Assembly (NCBI GenBank): GCA_964016885.1
Contig: OZ024742.1
Coordinates: 224,192,001 to 224,256,000 of the forward strand
Direction of reading: 5' to 3'
Length of the DNA: 64,000 bases
Source of the DNA: Eledone cirrhosa
Lineage: Eukaryota
Shown: positions 44,171 to 58,491 of the stretch, piece by piece
Position numbering within the stretch: position 1 is the first letter of the stretch
How the letters are laid out: each line of letters begins with the position of its first letter
The notes under the pieces: generated by a model
The model's database searches: none
Seen by the model: the letters and a program-made list of their open reading frames with translations, nothing else
Told to the model about the DNA's origin: nothing
Made by a program: the position numbers and the translations under genes

Positions 44171-44977
44171 GGTCTGCCGACTGCCAAAGCTGAGCTGGCA
44201 ACTTCATGTGTTGGACAGTTCACAATATTGCGACTATTCTGAGCGTGTAAAACTGAGGACTGAGATCAATGGGGAATTGCTGATTACCAGGGCTAGTTTG
44301 GTAACATCAAGGACTGGACAGGTCACAATCTTGCGATCTTTGTGGGAAAGAGAACATAAACAAGTGATGGTTGCTGACTACCAGAACATCAAAAGTGGTT
44401 CCGCAACGACTGACTGCACACTATACAGAAATATGATGACGATGATGATAATGATGAGAGATGATTGGACATGAATTCTTTCGCTGTTCTTTACACTTTC
44501 CTTGGAACTGAGCTGCCAAAAATACCTTCATTTATCTCTTAATTTTCAATTAATCCATGAACTAATTCCAAACGTTTCTTTCAACATGGTGGTTCTGGCA
44601 AGTATTTTGCCATTGGTTGCCAAAAAATATTTTTCCTCTGAAGTTTTCACACTTATTATTTTGTCTTTAATCTTTAGGTTTACACACTGAATTCCAATGG
44701 AAAATATTCGACTTTAAGAAGTTACTAAGGACGACAGACTGAGCGAATGATATGGCATCAGTCGATGCATGTAACCCTATATTAAGTAGTTAAGTAGTTA
44801 AGTAGTTTGCTCAAAGTGAACAAGAAATCTATTAGAGAAAAAGTATTTCCTTACTTCGCCATTATAGAGCAGTAATACACCAATGCTAGATACTGTCCAG
44901 AAATACAGATATGCTCAAGGATACACAAATACATATAAAAAAAATATATGTATATATACACACATATATATCTGCAC

Positions 44978-45049
<72 letters not shown>

Positions 45050-45228
45050 GTATAAATATAGACATATATTTTCATACATGCATACATACGCATGCATACA
45101 TACACACACATTCATATATATATAAATATAGACATATATTTTCCTACATGCATACTTACACACATATTCACACACACATATATATATATATATATATCTC
45201 ATTTATTTTAATAATTTGACTTAATTTA

Positions 45229-45276
45229 GCATTACCAGTGGTTTCAAGACATATACACATCTATCTTATCAGATGC
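45229..45276 (-). ncRNA. Degenerate hammerhead motif with an adjacent inverted copy of its 3' end
   Basis: Minus strand reads gcat-CTGATAA-gata...tctt-GAAA-CCA-c-TGG-TA-atgc. The plus strand repeats aaaacactggtaatgc at 45283-45299. Confidence 0.55.
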
Positions 45277-45647
45277 ATTGTTTAAAACACTGGTAATGCG
45301 GAAATAAATCGAACTGTTAATATGACTAAACCGGCTCCATCACTAGACCCTGGTCTGCTGGTGTGAGTAAGTGGAACCCCAGCAGCACAAAAAACAAGAG
45401 CTATTAAAGAAGCGGGTGAAATCCTCAGAGTCAACAGCCATTCACCCACACCATGGGTTAACTAGCCTTCTAATCCGCTATTGGTCAAGAGTGGTGAGTA
45501 CGGCTATACACCAGACATGATCAAAATCAAACAGAAAGCGGTGGTGGTCAATCAAGTGGGGGGTCCATCCAACAGTGAGAAGGCCCTGGATTGAATTGGT
45601 TATATATATATAAATGTGTGTGTATGAGTGTGTGTGTGTGGGCGTGC

Positions 45648-45697
<50 letters not shown>

Positions 45698-46223
45698 ATG
45701 CGTTTGTTTATGTACGTGCGTGCATGCTTGCATATATTGTTGTTGTTGTTGTTGTTGTTGGACCTCCGTCAGTGACAACGACATGTGTTCTAGTTGTTCG
45801 ACCTACAGAGTAGCCTGCTCCCGAAATTACGTACAAGTCGCTGAATATATCACCGACACGTGTACACTTAACGTAATTCTAAGGAAGATTCAACGTAACA
45901 CATCGTATAACAAAGTTAACATTTTGAATTACAGGTACAATACGACTTGTATTATCGTGTAGGTGGCTAAATATTCCGCAGACGCGTGGTACCTTTAACA
46001 CAATTCTTAGAGTGATTCGAAGTGACACAATGTGTGACAAGGCTAACCATTTGAATTACAGGTACGATGCCTTTGGCAGATTTCAAAACACTTTCTATCT
46101 GCTCAATTTCACTCATAACTTGAAGCTACGGTAAATGATACTTGCCTAAGATTCTATGCAGTGGGATCAAGTGAATTTCTTAAGCATTTGGCGTTGCTGC
46201 CTACTCAGGCATACATTAGAGCA

Positions 46224-46300
<77 letters not shown>

Positions 46301-46470
46301 GTTAATATAAATTAATATATTTGATAAACACAAATACCAACATATTCATGTTTGTATTGTAAATGACCAAGTTAGCTAGATTGAAATATACTAATAATAA
46401 TATTACAGTTTGCCTATCTTGACTTAAGATAATAAATCAACAAAAACAAATGGTATTGGCAATGGCCGTG

Positions 46471-46599
46471 GTGCTTGGACAAATTTAAATTTCAAAATCA
46501 AACCTGTTCCGTAGACAGGTTTAAACCTTAAAATCCAAATATGTTTCGAATAATGAAAAAGTGGAAGAAATACCGCATTTTGATCTCCTCAGCAAGCAC
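46471..46599 (-). ncRNA. Type I hammerhead ribozyme with extended stems II and III (inverted copy)
   Basis: Reverse complement of 47131-47259 with a few substitutions in the stem III arm. Confidence 0.8.
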
Positions 46600-47130
46600 T
46601 ATAAAAATTGGTGTTCCACTTCAAAATATTTAGAAAGACTGTTTAGCGCACGAGGTAATTTCACGCGGTTATCCAGTGTCTAGCTAGTCTCATACTCGTG
46701 CTGCTAGAAATAACAGCCGTTTGTATGGGGCTAAATTCAGCTCAACGAAGGAGCAGTGATAAATCAATAATAATGTAATATTATTATTAGTATATTTCAA
46801 TCTAGCTAACTTGGTCATTTACAATACAAACATGAATATGTTGGTATTTGTGTTTATCAAATATATTAATTTATATTAACCTGTATTACACGGCTCAGAA
46901 ATACTCTTTCTTTGAGCTATTTCATTGTAAAAGACTGCCTGAGATTTGAACTCATTATTATTGATTTATCACTGCTCCTTCGTTGAGCTGAATTTAGCGC
47001 CATACAAACGGCTGTTATTTCTAGCAGCACGAGTATGAGACTAGCTAGACACTGGATAACCGCGTGAAATTACCTCGTGCGCTAAACAGTCTTTCTAAAT
47101 ATTTTGAAGTGGAACATACCAATTTTTATA

Positions 47131-47259
47131 GTGCTTGCTGAGGAGATCAAAATGCGGTATTTCTTCCACTTTTTCATTATTCGAAACATATTTGGATTTT
47201 AAGATTTAAACCTGTCTACGGAACAGGTTTGATTTTGAAATTTAAATTTGTCCAAGCAC
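47131..47259 (+). ncRNA. Type I hammerhead ribozyme with 7-bp stem I and extended stems II and III
   Basis: gtgcttg-CTGAGGA-ga...tc-GAAA-CA-tatttggattttaagatttaaacctgt-ctacgga-acaggtttgattttgaaatttaaatt-TGTC-caagcac. Confidence 0.85.
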
Positions 47260-47539
47260 CACGGCCATTGCCAATACAATTTGTTTTTGTTGATTTATTA
47301 TCTTAAGTCAAGATAGGCAATTTGTAATATTATTATTAGTATATTTCAATCTAGCTAACTTGGTCATTTACAATACAAGCATGAATATGTTGGTATTTGT
47401 GTTTATCAAATATATTAATTTATATTAACCTGTATTACACGGCTCAGAAATACTCTTTCATTGAGCTATTTCATTGTAAAAGACTGCCTGAGATTTGAAC
47501 TCATTATTATTGATTTATTATTGATTTATATATATATAT

Positions 47540-48180
47540 ATGAATGTATGTATAGTATATTTGGTAATATGCCGAATGTTTAATTAAAAACATTTTGAAG
47601 ACCTTGCGCTATTAGTTTTAAAGTAGTGACTATGTCACTCACTTCTTTTTTCGGCAAAGGAAGGGAGAGAAGCTGACAGATTCCGTTTCACACTGATGGT
47701 GTTCCTAAGAGCAACGTACTCCTCGAGCTGTGCCGAAAATTATAGAAACTGGATTCTTATAGAATTCCAGTAATAATCAGGAACTGATTATACAGAGCGA
47801 TTGCGGGTCCAGCAAAAATAAAAAATTGGGATTGGTGCTCTGAAATAGCGATGTATACATGAATGTATGTATAGTATATTTGGCAATATACCGTATGTTT
47901 AATTAAAAACATTTAGAAGACCATACGCTATCAGTTTTAAAGTAGTGACTATGTCACTTACTTCTTTTTGGGGGCAAAGGAAGGGAGAAGAGCTGACAGA
48001 TTCTGTTTCACGCTGTTGGTGTTCCTCAGAGCAGCGTACCCAAAATGTTTTTAATTAAACATACGGTATATTACCAAATATACTATACATACATTCATGT
48101 ATACATCGCTATTTCAGAGCACCAATACTAATACCTAATTTTTGCTGGACCGGCAATCGCTCTGTATAATCAGTTCCTGA
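47540..48180 (-). mobile_element. Tandem monomers of about 320 nt, each with a hammerhead (47672-47712, 47992-48032), plus an inverted partial copy (48042-48180)
   Basis: tgaatgtatgtatagtatatttgg at 47541 and 47860. Minus strand reads gct-CTGAGGA-acac..gcgt-GAAA-CAG-aat-CTG-TC-agc; the other copy has CTTAGGA. Confidence 0.85.
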
Positions 48181-48318
48181 TCAATGAAACAATTGTCAAT
48201 ACTGTAAATAAAACCCTTTTAGTACAGCCGACCATGTTATTCTTCACGCTTTCACTATATATATATATATATAATAAAACAAGGACAAGTGGTTACTCCT
48301 TCATTACGTTTATTGGTT

Positions 48319-48403
48319 GGTGACGCGCATTTCGCCACCGATCAGCTCAAAGTTCGATCTGTATCGATCTAGCCTGACTGTGTAATCAATGGCTCGTCGG
48401 ACC
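48319..48403 (-). ncRNA. Hammerhead motif with extended stem II (core CCGACGA)
   Basis: Minus strand reads ggt-CCGACGA-gccattgat-[about 40 nt]-atcggtggc-GAAA-TGCGCG-TC-acc, followed by AATAAA. Confidence 0.7.
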
Positions 48404-48451
48404 TCTTTGGTATATTTTGGTATATATACATACATTCATACATACATACTT

Positions 48452-48531
<80 letters not shown>

Positions 48532-48538
<7 letters not shown>

Positions 48539-48822
48539 AAGAAAGAAGAGTAATATGGTTGGCTGTACAATAAGGGCTTTATTTAAAGTACTGACAATTG
48601 TTTCTTTGATCAGGTGGTTACAACTGGTCAACACATCAGAGCACGTAGATATCTACGTACTCTGATGTGTTGACCAGTTGTAAACAATGTATTGGAGATG
48701 ATTGACGCAACCTCAAGAGATTAGTGAACTCTAGACACACCTGATCAATGAAACAATTGTCAGTACTGTAAATAAAGCCCTTATTGTACAGCCAACCATG
48801 TTACTCTTCATCCTTTAACTAT
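48532..48822. mobile_element. Fold-back element with HHR-like motif at 48657-48766 (+) and an internally deleted inverted copy; a 3' half also occurs at 48177-48258
   Basis: Palindrome axis tagat|atcta at 48650/48651. Reads gtact-CTGATGT-gttgaccag-[about 63 nt]-ctgatcaat-GAAA-C-aatt-GTC-agtac, then AATAAA. Confidence 0.75.
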
Positions 48823-49006
48823 TATTACTCCAAGTATAACCTGCATAGGAATTACCGCAAACTCGCTGCATGACTATGGAACCATCTTGTTGAGTCAAAC
48901 AAAGCCGTACGTTAAAACTATCCACGACGCGGAGTACTCTAACTGGATTACCTATAACGATAACTTGTTATCCCATATATATATATATATATATTGATAA
49001 GTATGG

Positions 49007-49064
<58 letters not shown>

Positions 49065-49072
<8 letters not shown>

Positions 49073-49280
49073 AAAGCTTCTACTGGACTAGAACTGTTTC
49101 ATTTGTGAGAAATCATCAGGAAGCTGACTGTCCAAGGACTTGGACAGACGGCTTCCTGATGATTTCTCACGAATGAAACAGGTCTAGTCCTGTAGAAGTT
49201 TTTCCATATTAAACATTTATACTCTGCTTTGTATTGAGTACCTTACTTACTGTGGCTACCCCCGATTGAACCCGGGATAA
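49065..49280. mobile_element. Head-to-head pair of hammerheads (49075-49125 on -, 49151-49199 on +) in (TA)n
   Basis: gcttc-CTGATGA-t-ttc-tcac-gaa-t-GAAA-CAGG-tctagt-CCTG-TA-gaagt, with central hairpin ctgtccaag-ga-cttggacag. Confidence 0.8.
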
Positions 49281-49305
49281 CTTATATATATATGTATATA
49301 TATAT

Positions 49306-49353
<48 letters not shown>

Positions 49354-49822
49354 ACACACACACACACGTATATATATATAATGAAAAAGAAAGACGTGAC
49401 ATTAGGTCGATGAACTAGACCTGCTGACTTCGTAAGTTTGTATCATAATATAAAGACGATAACAATATAACTGATGATATAAAGTAGATGAAAGAAGAAG
49501 AAGAAGAAGAAGAAGAAGAAGAAGAAGAAGAGGAGGAGGAGGAAGAAGAAAGGGGGGGGAGAGAAGAAGGAGGAGGAGGAGAAGAAGAAGAAGAAGAAGA
49601 AGAAGAAGAAGAAGAAGAAGAAGAAGAAGAAGAAGAAGAAGAAGACAGGTGAAAGTCGTCAACGTGTCGCGCAAAGGTGGCTAGTTTTGATCTGGCTTAA
49701 TGTATATAAACAGGAGAAGAATAGACATTTGTTTCCAGGGTCAACAACAGAACTGTCTACACTAACTCTCTCACCAAATCTTGCAGACGATAACTGTTGA
49801 CTTAATAATATTGAAGGTGTTA

Positions 49823-49905
<83 letters not shown>

Positions 49906-51353
49906 CCTGTCTTTCCATCTGTCTGTCTTTCTGTCTTTCTATCTTGAACGTGAGATGAGATATGAGAGAAAGGGAGAGAGAGAGAGAAGAGGGAGAAGAT
50001 GTATGCTTGTCATTCTATCTTTCTATCTCAATGTCTCTTTGTCTCTCTCACTTTCTATCGTGAATGTGAAATGAGAAAGAATGAGGGAGAGAGAGAGAGG
50101 GGGGAAAGAGAGAGGGTATGTTTTCTTTCTTTCTCTCTCTGCCTTACTGTCATTCTATCTGACTATCTTTCACTCTTTCTAGACGACACCCTCTCTTGGT
50201 AAATAAACACTACAGCGACTTTCAACAAAAATAAACAGTGTTTTTTTTAAAAAGTAGGCTGTAGTTTAGTTGTTAAGATGCTGGGTTAACTATCCCAAGG
50301 CCGTAAGTTCGATTCTTGGGCAGCGCGTTGTGTCCTTGAGCAAGACACTTTATTTCATGTTCCTTCAGTCCACTTAGCTGGAATAAATGAGTTGCGATAA
50401 CATTTGTGCCAAGCTGTATAGGCCTTAGTTTTTTACTTTAGAGAACATTGTGTATATATAGTGTATATTGCATATATAAGAGTGTATATATACTGTATAT
50501 AGTGCCTATAGTATATATAACAGTGTATATACTCTGTATATAGTGTCTACACTGATGCCAAGTGGCATCAGCCTTTACTTCTCATTTGAACAACGTCAGT
50601 GTCGTGGAGAAGTGAGACTCGCATGCATGGGAGACTGCTGGTTTTCCACAAAAACGCGTTTCCCGGTAATTAAGTTTGAAAAGTTTTCTGTGGAATTGTG
50701 TTATTGACTTGGTGACTGGAGGTGCGTGGCCTAGTGGTAAGGGTGTTGTGGGTTCGATACCTTGGCTAGCTTGCGTGTTGTGTTCATTTTACGTTGCTCA
50801 AGTATACTCAGCTGAAAATGAGTACCAGCAATAGCTGGGGTTTAACCCTGCGATGGACTGGCGTCCTGTCCAAGAAGAAGTCTTGTACCCTCAGTCGCTT
50901 TACGCCATGAAACCGGGATACATACTGGCCTAACGAGCCTTCTGGCTTAAGACAGACTTTAGACTATACTTTAGACTCAGTGACACAACATCAATTCTCC
51001 AGGAACTGGTGGTCCGGCACATCATTTTCCCCCGGATATAATTATGGGTAGAGATTTGAATTTCCCTTGACCAACTGCTTGGCACCAATATCATCGAAAC
51101 ACATTCTTTCTAGCTGAGTAGACAGGAGCAACATGAAATAAAACGCCTCCCTGTTCGGGGATCGAACTCGCCTCCTTACATGATCTTTTCTCGATCACTG
51201 AAACCACAAAACTCCGTGTATATGTATGTGAGTGAGAGTGAGAGAGAATGAAGAGAGAGAGCGAGAGAGAGAGAGAGAGAGAGAGAGGTGGAAGGAGAGA
51301 GTGAGTGAGAGAGAGAGAGGGGTAGAAAGAAAAAGAGAGAGGGAGAGAGAGAG

Positions 51354-51423
<70 letters not shown>

Positions 51424-51532
51424 TGCGTTTCTAGAATTGCTGGAAACAGACAAATAATTTAACCATTAGCCCATTTGTGTTATCCGACACTATTTGATAG
51501 TTAATCAATAAAAGCCATTATTAAACTAAAAG

Positions 51533-51603
<71 letters not shown>

Positions 51604-52014
51604 CCACATATACACACATACAAGGAGTAAGAGAGGGACAGAGAAGGAAAAGAGAGAGGAAAAGATACTTTTCCGCCATCTTGAAGATAAGGAAAAGCGA
51701 AAAAGAAGCGATCAAACCTAACAAACATACAAGATGGTGAGAGGGGAAGACAATGATGGTAGACAAACCATGGATGTGCATGGTTTAGAGTTTTAAGGGA
51801 AAGATAGAAAGACTAGGTGTCTGTGATATCTGGAAATACAGAGCAATATAGGGCAATATGGAGCAATATCAGGGGTCAAATCTTGTTTAAGGGATGGAGG
51901 AAAAAGTTGGTGGGGAGCAGAAAAAGCAACAAAAAACAACAAAACGATCGAGATAAATAAGATGGAAGGAAATAAAAGAAAAATGAAGAAAATGAAAATA
52001 TATTGAGACGAAGA

Positions 52015-53286
<1,272 letters not shown>

Positions 53287-53703
53287 GGGTAGGCTGTCAA
53301 CATTTCAGCCATATTCTAGAGTGACTGCGACGGTATATATTCCACACAAGCAGAAGATTAATGTCGCAGTCTGAGAGACTTCAGAAGGAGAGAGACATTG
53401 GTCTGCTATATAGAACTACTGAATATAGTTATCTTTATTTATAGTTCTTAGCCTTTAGTTGATATTCGGCTCCAGACTTTAATCAACAAATTCCAATTAA
53501 ATTATATAATGTTTGCAATAAAAAAGAAAAATAAAGGAAAAAATGGTTAGTTAATGTAAGGAAAAGGGGGAAGGAGCGGTGGGCTCTATACCCTAGCCTG
53601 GACGGTATATTTTTGCTGTTCCCCAAGAACAAAAAAAAAAAAAAAGGGCGAAGGCATTGCCGTAGAGACCAGCCAGCGACACCCGTGGAATCTTGTAAAT
53701 AAT

Positions 53704-53890
53704 TGTTTATACTTTAGGCACAAGGCCAGCAATTACCCAGTGCATTACTGGTACTTTATTTTATCGACCCCTTAAGGATGAAAGGCAAAGTCAACCTCGG
53801 CGCGATTTGAACTCAGATCGTAAAGGGACGTAACTATGCTGGAAAGCATGGCGTCCGACCCTCTACCGATACTGCCAATCCACCGCCCTT
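53704..53890 (-). mobile_element. Full-length tRNA-derived SINE family A with 16-bp TSD
   Basis: Minus strand reads ggcggtggattggcagtatcggtag..gagttcaaatc..gcctttcatccttaaggggtcgataaaataaagtacc. TSD gaatcttgtaaataat at 53688-53703 and 53891-53906. Confidence 0.9.
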
Positions 53891-54940
53891 GAATCTTGTA
53901 AATAATACTGTATACTAACAGTTCCCAATTTGGGATCCACAAAAGTTGTAACAGCGGCTCACAAGTAAAAGGTTAAATGTATCTCAGAGACCGACTGTCG
54001 TCGATAGAACCGAGACGGCTAAAGAGAGGGGAGTTCAACTATACAGTGAACAGAAAATTCGAACCGACTGAAGATGGGTTGACGGCTTGTGACACACACA
54101 CTGACACACAGACACACACATACACATATACACACACGCACACACCCCGGAGAGGGGCAGCATACATACACACACAGACACACTCGAGCAAGCAGTTGCC
54201 GTCGAAAGGGAAACCGAACAACTAGCATTATCGGGGCGCATCTATGCATCGGTAGAAGCGGCAGATCTGAGCCAGAGACCAATGTTCGTCGATCTAACCG
54301 AAACGGCTATATGGCGGCGCAAATATTGTAACGGAGGCTCAGAAGCTGAGTTCAGAGCTTTAAAAGGCTGCAGTATAAAATGTATAATTACTCCATATAA
54401 GGGTGATTAAAATAAACTCCCTAAATCTTTCGTTTTAGGGTGACCCTGAGAAATTCCTTTAGATAAAACTGGTACGTGGTAGCGTAAAGGTTGAAAACCA
54501 CTGCAAATAACGAAACGAAATTAAATTTCGTTTCGTTATTTGTTTTTATCGTCTCCGCTGAACCGGTACGTACTCACGCTCTATGCAAATTAGTCTGCCC
54601 ACTACTAATTTTCATAGAAAAAGCATATAACGATATGTGCTTTTACGATTCTCTAGAAAGGCCGGAGGATAGGTAAATATTGCTGATGAGATGTAACAAC
54701 ATCGAAACTAGTCCAATATTCCTGTCTGGCTTTCTGGAGAATAGAGGAAAGGTGTTTCCTCGAAAACCAGTATGACTCTAAAAACCGGTTTGTCTGTGTG
54801 TTTACATACAGACTAGCTGAACACTCACAGTAAAGTGTCCAGTGAAAAACTCGGTACATCTACATATGTACACGTGTGTGTATTCATATGCATACTAGTA
54901 TTTCAGTATACATATGTGGATGTACATTTTTAACTTAATT

Positions 54941-54974
<34 letters not shown>

Positions 54975-54999
54975 GTAAATATATATTATATATATATAA

Positions 55000-55170
55000 T
55001 AATTGTTTCTACATTTGGCACAAGGCCAGAAAATACCCAGTACATTACTGGTACTTTATTTTATCGACCCCGTAAGGATGAAAAGCAAAGTTAACCTGAG
55101 AATGGCAGGGGCCGTAACTCAATGCGTCAAAGCATGGTGTCCGAATCTCTACCGATATTGCCAATCCACC
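55000..55170 (-). mobile_element. SINE family A with internal deletion
   Basis: Same body, lacking the B-box segment between aacct and agaatggc. Confidence 0.8.
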
Positions 55171-55649
55171 AATAATATTATTTAAACTTATATATACACT
55201 ATATATAATTATAAACAGGAAAGATCGGTATTTTTTATTTTTTATCACCTTAATACCAGTATGATATGAAAAATAGCTCAATGTAAATACACTTTATTTC
55301 TCATTGCTCTAGTTCACTCAGTTGGTAAAAAGGGATTGTGCATGTAATTCAAAAGGATCAGCCTTGTCACACGCTATATTATGCTGAGTACCCACCCTGA
55401 GAACTACATTAAGGGTACACGTGTCTGTGGAATGCGCAGCTATTTGCACGTTAATTTCATGAGCAAGCTGTTCTGTTGTTTGTACAACTGGAAGACTCGT
55501 TATCGGAACCGACGGAGGTCCAACAACAACAGCAGCATATATAGGCCTATGTATATATTGTATGGGGATATGTTATATTACAGACATGGCCATATTCCAG
55601 TTTTAGCTTTTTATTATAGTGTTTATATTATATTTCCTTATAAGAACAT

Positions 55650-56375
55650 TGTTGTTTCTTTGGAACAATAAAGTCCCTAAATCCATCATCAATGACTCTG
55701 TGAAACAACAATGCATTCACCCATAACCACTTCATAAACTCAATATCATACAGCTCACCGATTACAAACAACAAGAAATCCAATGTTCAGTGTAAGACCT
55801 TTATAACCTGTATAGTAGAACCTTTTCTCTACTTAATCAACAAATACTTCCACAAAGACAACAGATTTCATAAATTATTCAGCAGGAATAAAAGCCAAAT
55901 ATAAAAGCCAATTATTCCACAGCCACATGTATAAAAAATTAATTCGTTGCATAACAACAAAATCCTTCAGTAAACTACAAACAAACTAAACCAAAGTTGA
56001 GATTGCCTTAATTGTTAAACATTAATACATTCTCCATGTATAACATATGCGATATGATATATCAAGCTGCCATAACTGAAATAAAAGGTATGTCTTTCAG
56101 CAGCCAAATGGGAAACGCATTTTAGAGACGATTATTCCAGATTATAAGCTCTTTCAAACATTGAAACAAAGAAAATACTACATTCTTCACCAAAGCACAT
56201 GTGATAAAAGAAAGGTAAGATGAGTTTACCTAAATGGCATGGTTTGTATAAGATAGTAATGCTTCAACATATTGTAATTTATGTTACAGAGAAATATCAC
56301 ATACAAATATTGAACAGAAAAACAGAACTAATGTCAACTTACAGATACTGTCTGGCATTTTTATTGCTTCTTTTC
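55650..56375 (+). pseudogene. Highly decayed Penelope-like GIY-YIG relic
   Basis: Manual translation gives NPMFS..FLYLINKYFHKDNRFHKLFSRN..NYST..HNNKIL..MIYQAAI..SSFKH..TEKYHIQILNRKTELMS. Confidence 0.75.
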
Positions 56376-56930
56376 ATGCCAAGTGACGAAGTACCGCTAA
56401 TGTCACAAATCATATACAATCCACCATTTTGAATTTTTCTTCAAAACTACGACAAAAGTCCGCTAAACATCGTTATTCTTGGATACTCAAGTGGAACCAT
56501 AATAGGTATCATATACCATTTCATGTATATATATATACCGACGCGCACGCGCACACACATATATAGAGAAAGTGAGAGAGAGTGTGTGTGTGTGTGTGCC
56601 TGTTTGTGTATGTGTTTGTCTCTATGTAGGTTTGTATGTGTATCAATGAATTCCCTAATCCATGTGGTTATAGCGGCGTCATTGAAGAGTTCATCACGCA
56701 AAACAACGTGCTCCCTTAGTTACTCATCAAACACTACATCCTTATAAAACATAGAGCAAGCATTACATACAGAGATCTACCACCACGCACACACATATAT
56801 ATATACACATATATATTCACACACACTCACACATATATATATACATATATAACATGTGCGTGTGGTCTGTATTTATGTATCTTCATTATATAGATACATA
56901 TATCCATATTCATTCACACACAAACGCACT

Positions 56931-57021
<91 letters not shown>

Positions 57022-57382
57022 TTCTGGTTTTATAATTTCACAAATTTTTACCAATAGAGAGAGAGTCGGTTTCTAACATAGACACAAGACTCTCTCATTG
57101 GAATACACAACATCAACTAGGTAGATTATGTATGCATGCATGCATCAATAGATATGGATGTTATTGTATGTATGTATATGTTTTGAGTTGTATGTGTGCA
57201 TGTGTATATGCTTTGTATCTGTACATGTGTATATGCAGTTATTAGATGCAAAATTTTTGGAATGTTTTACATATTTTTTACTGTTCCATTAATGGATTGT
57301 ACTTATGTATGTATGTATGTACAGTATGTATGTATGTTCTTCTGGTTTTATAATTTCACAAATATATGTATGTATGTATGTA

Positions 57383-58457
57383 TGCCAGGTGGCTCTGCAG
57401 CGCTATTGGTAACATGTAATCCAATACAACCTGCGCATGGTCGGGTCGTCGGCGACTAAACCGTCAACCCTACCAAACCTGCTTGATGAGGAAGGTGATT
57501 TTGGACACTCTGAGGGATGAAAAAAAAAAGCCCGTCAAAGAGCGAAAGAACTCAGGGGAGTCAGCAGCCATCCAATAAAGATACACTGCGGGCCATAGGC
57601 AAGCCCCTAGCAAGACTAAAAAGCCACACTCGTGATGATCATGCTTAAGTATCAAGCGATGGTATTACACGAGATCGGGTTGCAGCCATCATCATCATGT
57701 CGGTATGTATGTATGTATGTATGTATGTATGTATGTATGTATGTATGTATGTATGTATGTATGTATGTATGTATGTATGTATGTATGTATGTCAGGTCAC
57801 CAGTTGGTGATACTGGTAACATGTATCCCAGTACAACCTGTCCCATGGTCGGGTCGTTGGCGACTAAACTGGCAACCCCACCAAGGTTTCTTGGTGAGGA
57901 GGGTGACTTTGGACATCCTGCAGGACTAAAAACAAAACCTGTCAAAGGGCAAAGGAGCTCTTAAGAGTCAATGGCCATCCAAAATCACCGCCAGAGATGA
58001 CCCCTTAGCCTTTGTCAAGGCAGAATTCTAGGAGAAGGAAAACTCTGATATAACACCTGCAACCCTGATGGTATCCAATGATGTTGACTTGTTCTTCTTT
58101 TTGGTAAATATCATCTTGGTTAAGAGAGTGGGACTGGCTTTGTGCAGTGCCTTTGTTCACTATAAAAGCTTCACGGCACAGGCATTGCTTTATATCTGGA
58201 GATCTCTCTGCACTTGTCGTCACATGGTACCATGGGCCCAGCACTATGTGTCAATAATTGTCACAAGTGTAGTGTTTGTACCAGAGTTTTCAAGTCGCTG
58301 GCTGGACTAAAAAGTCACACTCGTTCAGCGTATCAGTAGGGGTTCTCCTACATGGATATAAAGTAGTGGCCGTACTCGAAAACGAGTTGGCAGCCACCAT
58401 GTATGTATGTATGTATGTATGTATGTATGTATGTATGTATGTATGTATGTATGTACG

Positions 58458-58491
<34 letters not shown>

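Larger units (their letters stand above)
46277..47520. mobile_element. 549-nt non-coding HHR monomer: about 1.35 tandem units on + (46774-47520) preceded by an inverted copy of about 500 nt (46277-46775), in (TA)n
   Basis: gtaatattattattagtatatttcaatctag at 46775 and 47324. 46277-46775 is a near-perfect reverse complement of about 46953-47434. Confidence 0.9.

Noticed and set aside
57810-57910. Twister ribozyme (TAA..GTCCC..GAGGG elements)
   Set aside because: The required P1/P2 pairings around UAA and GAGGG do not line up.
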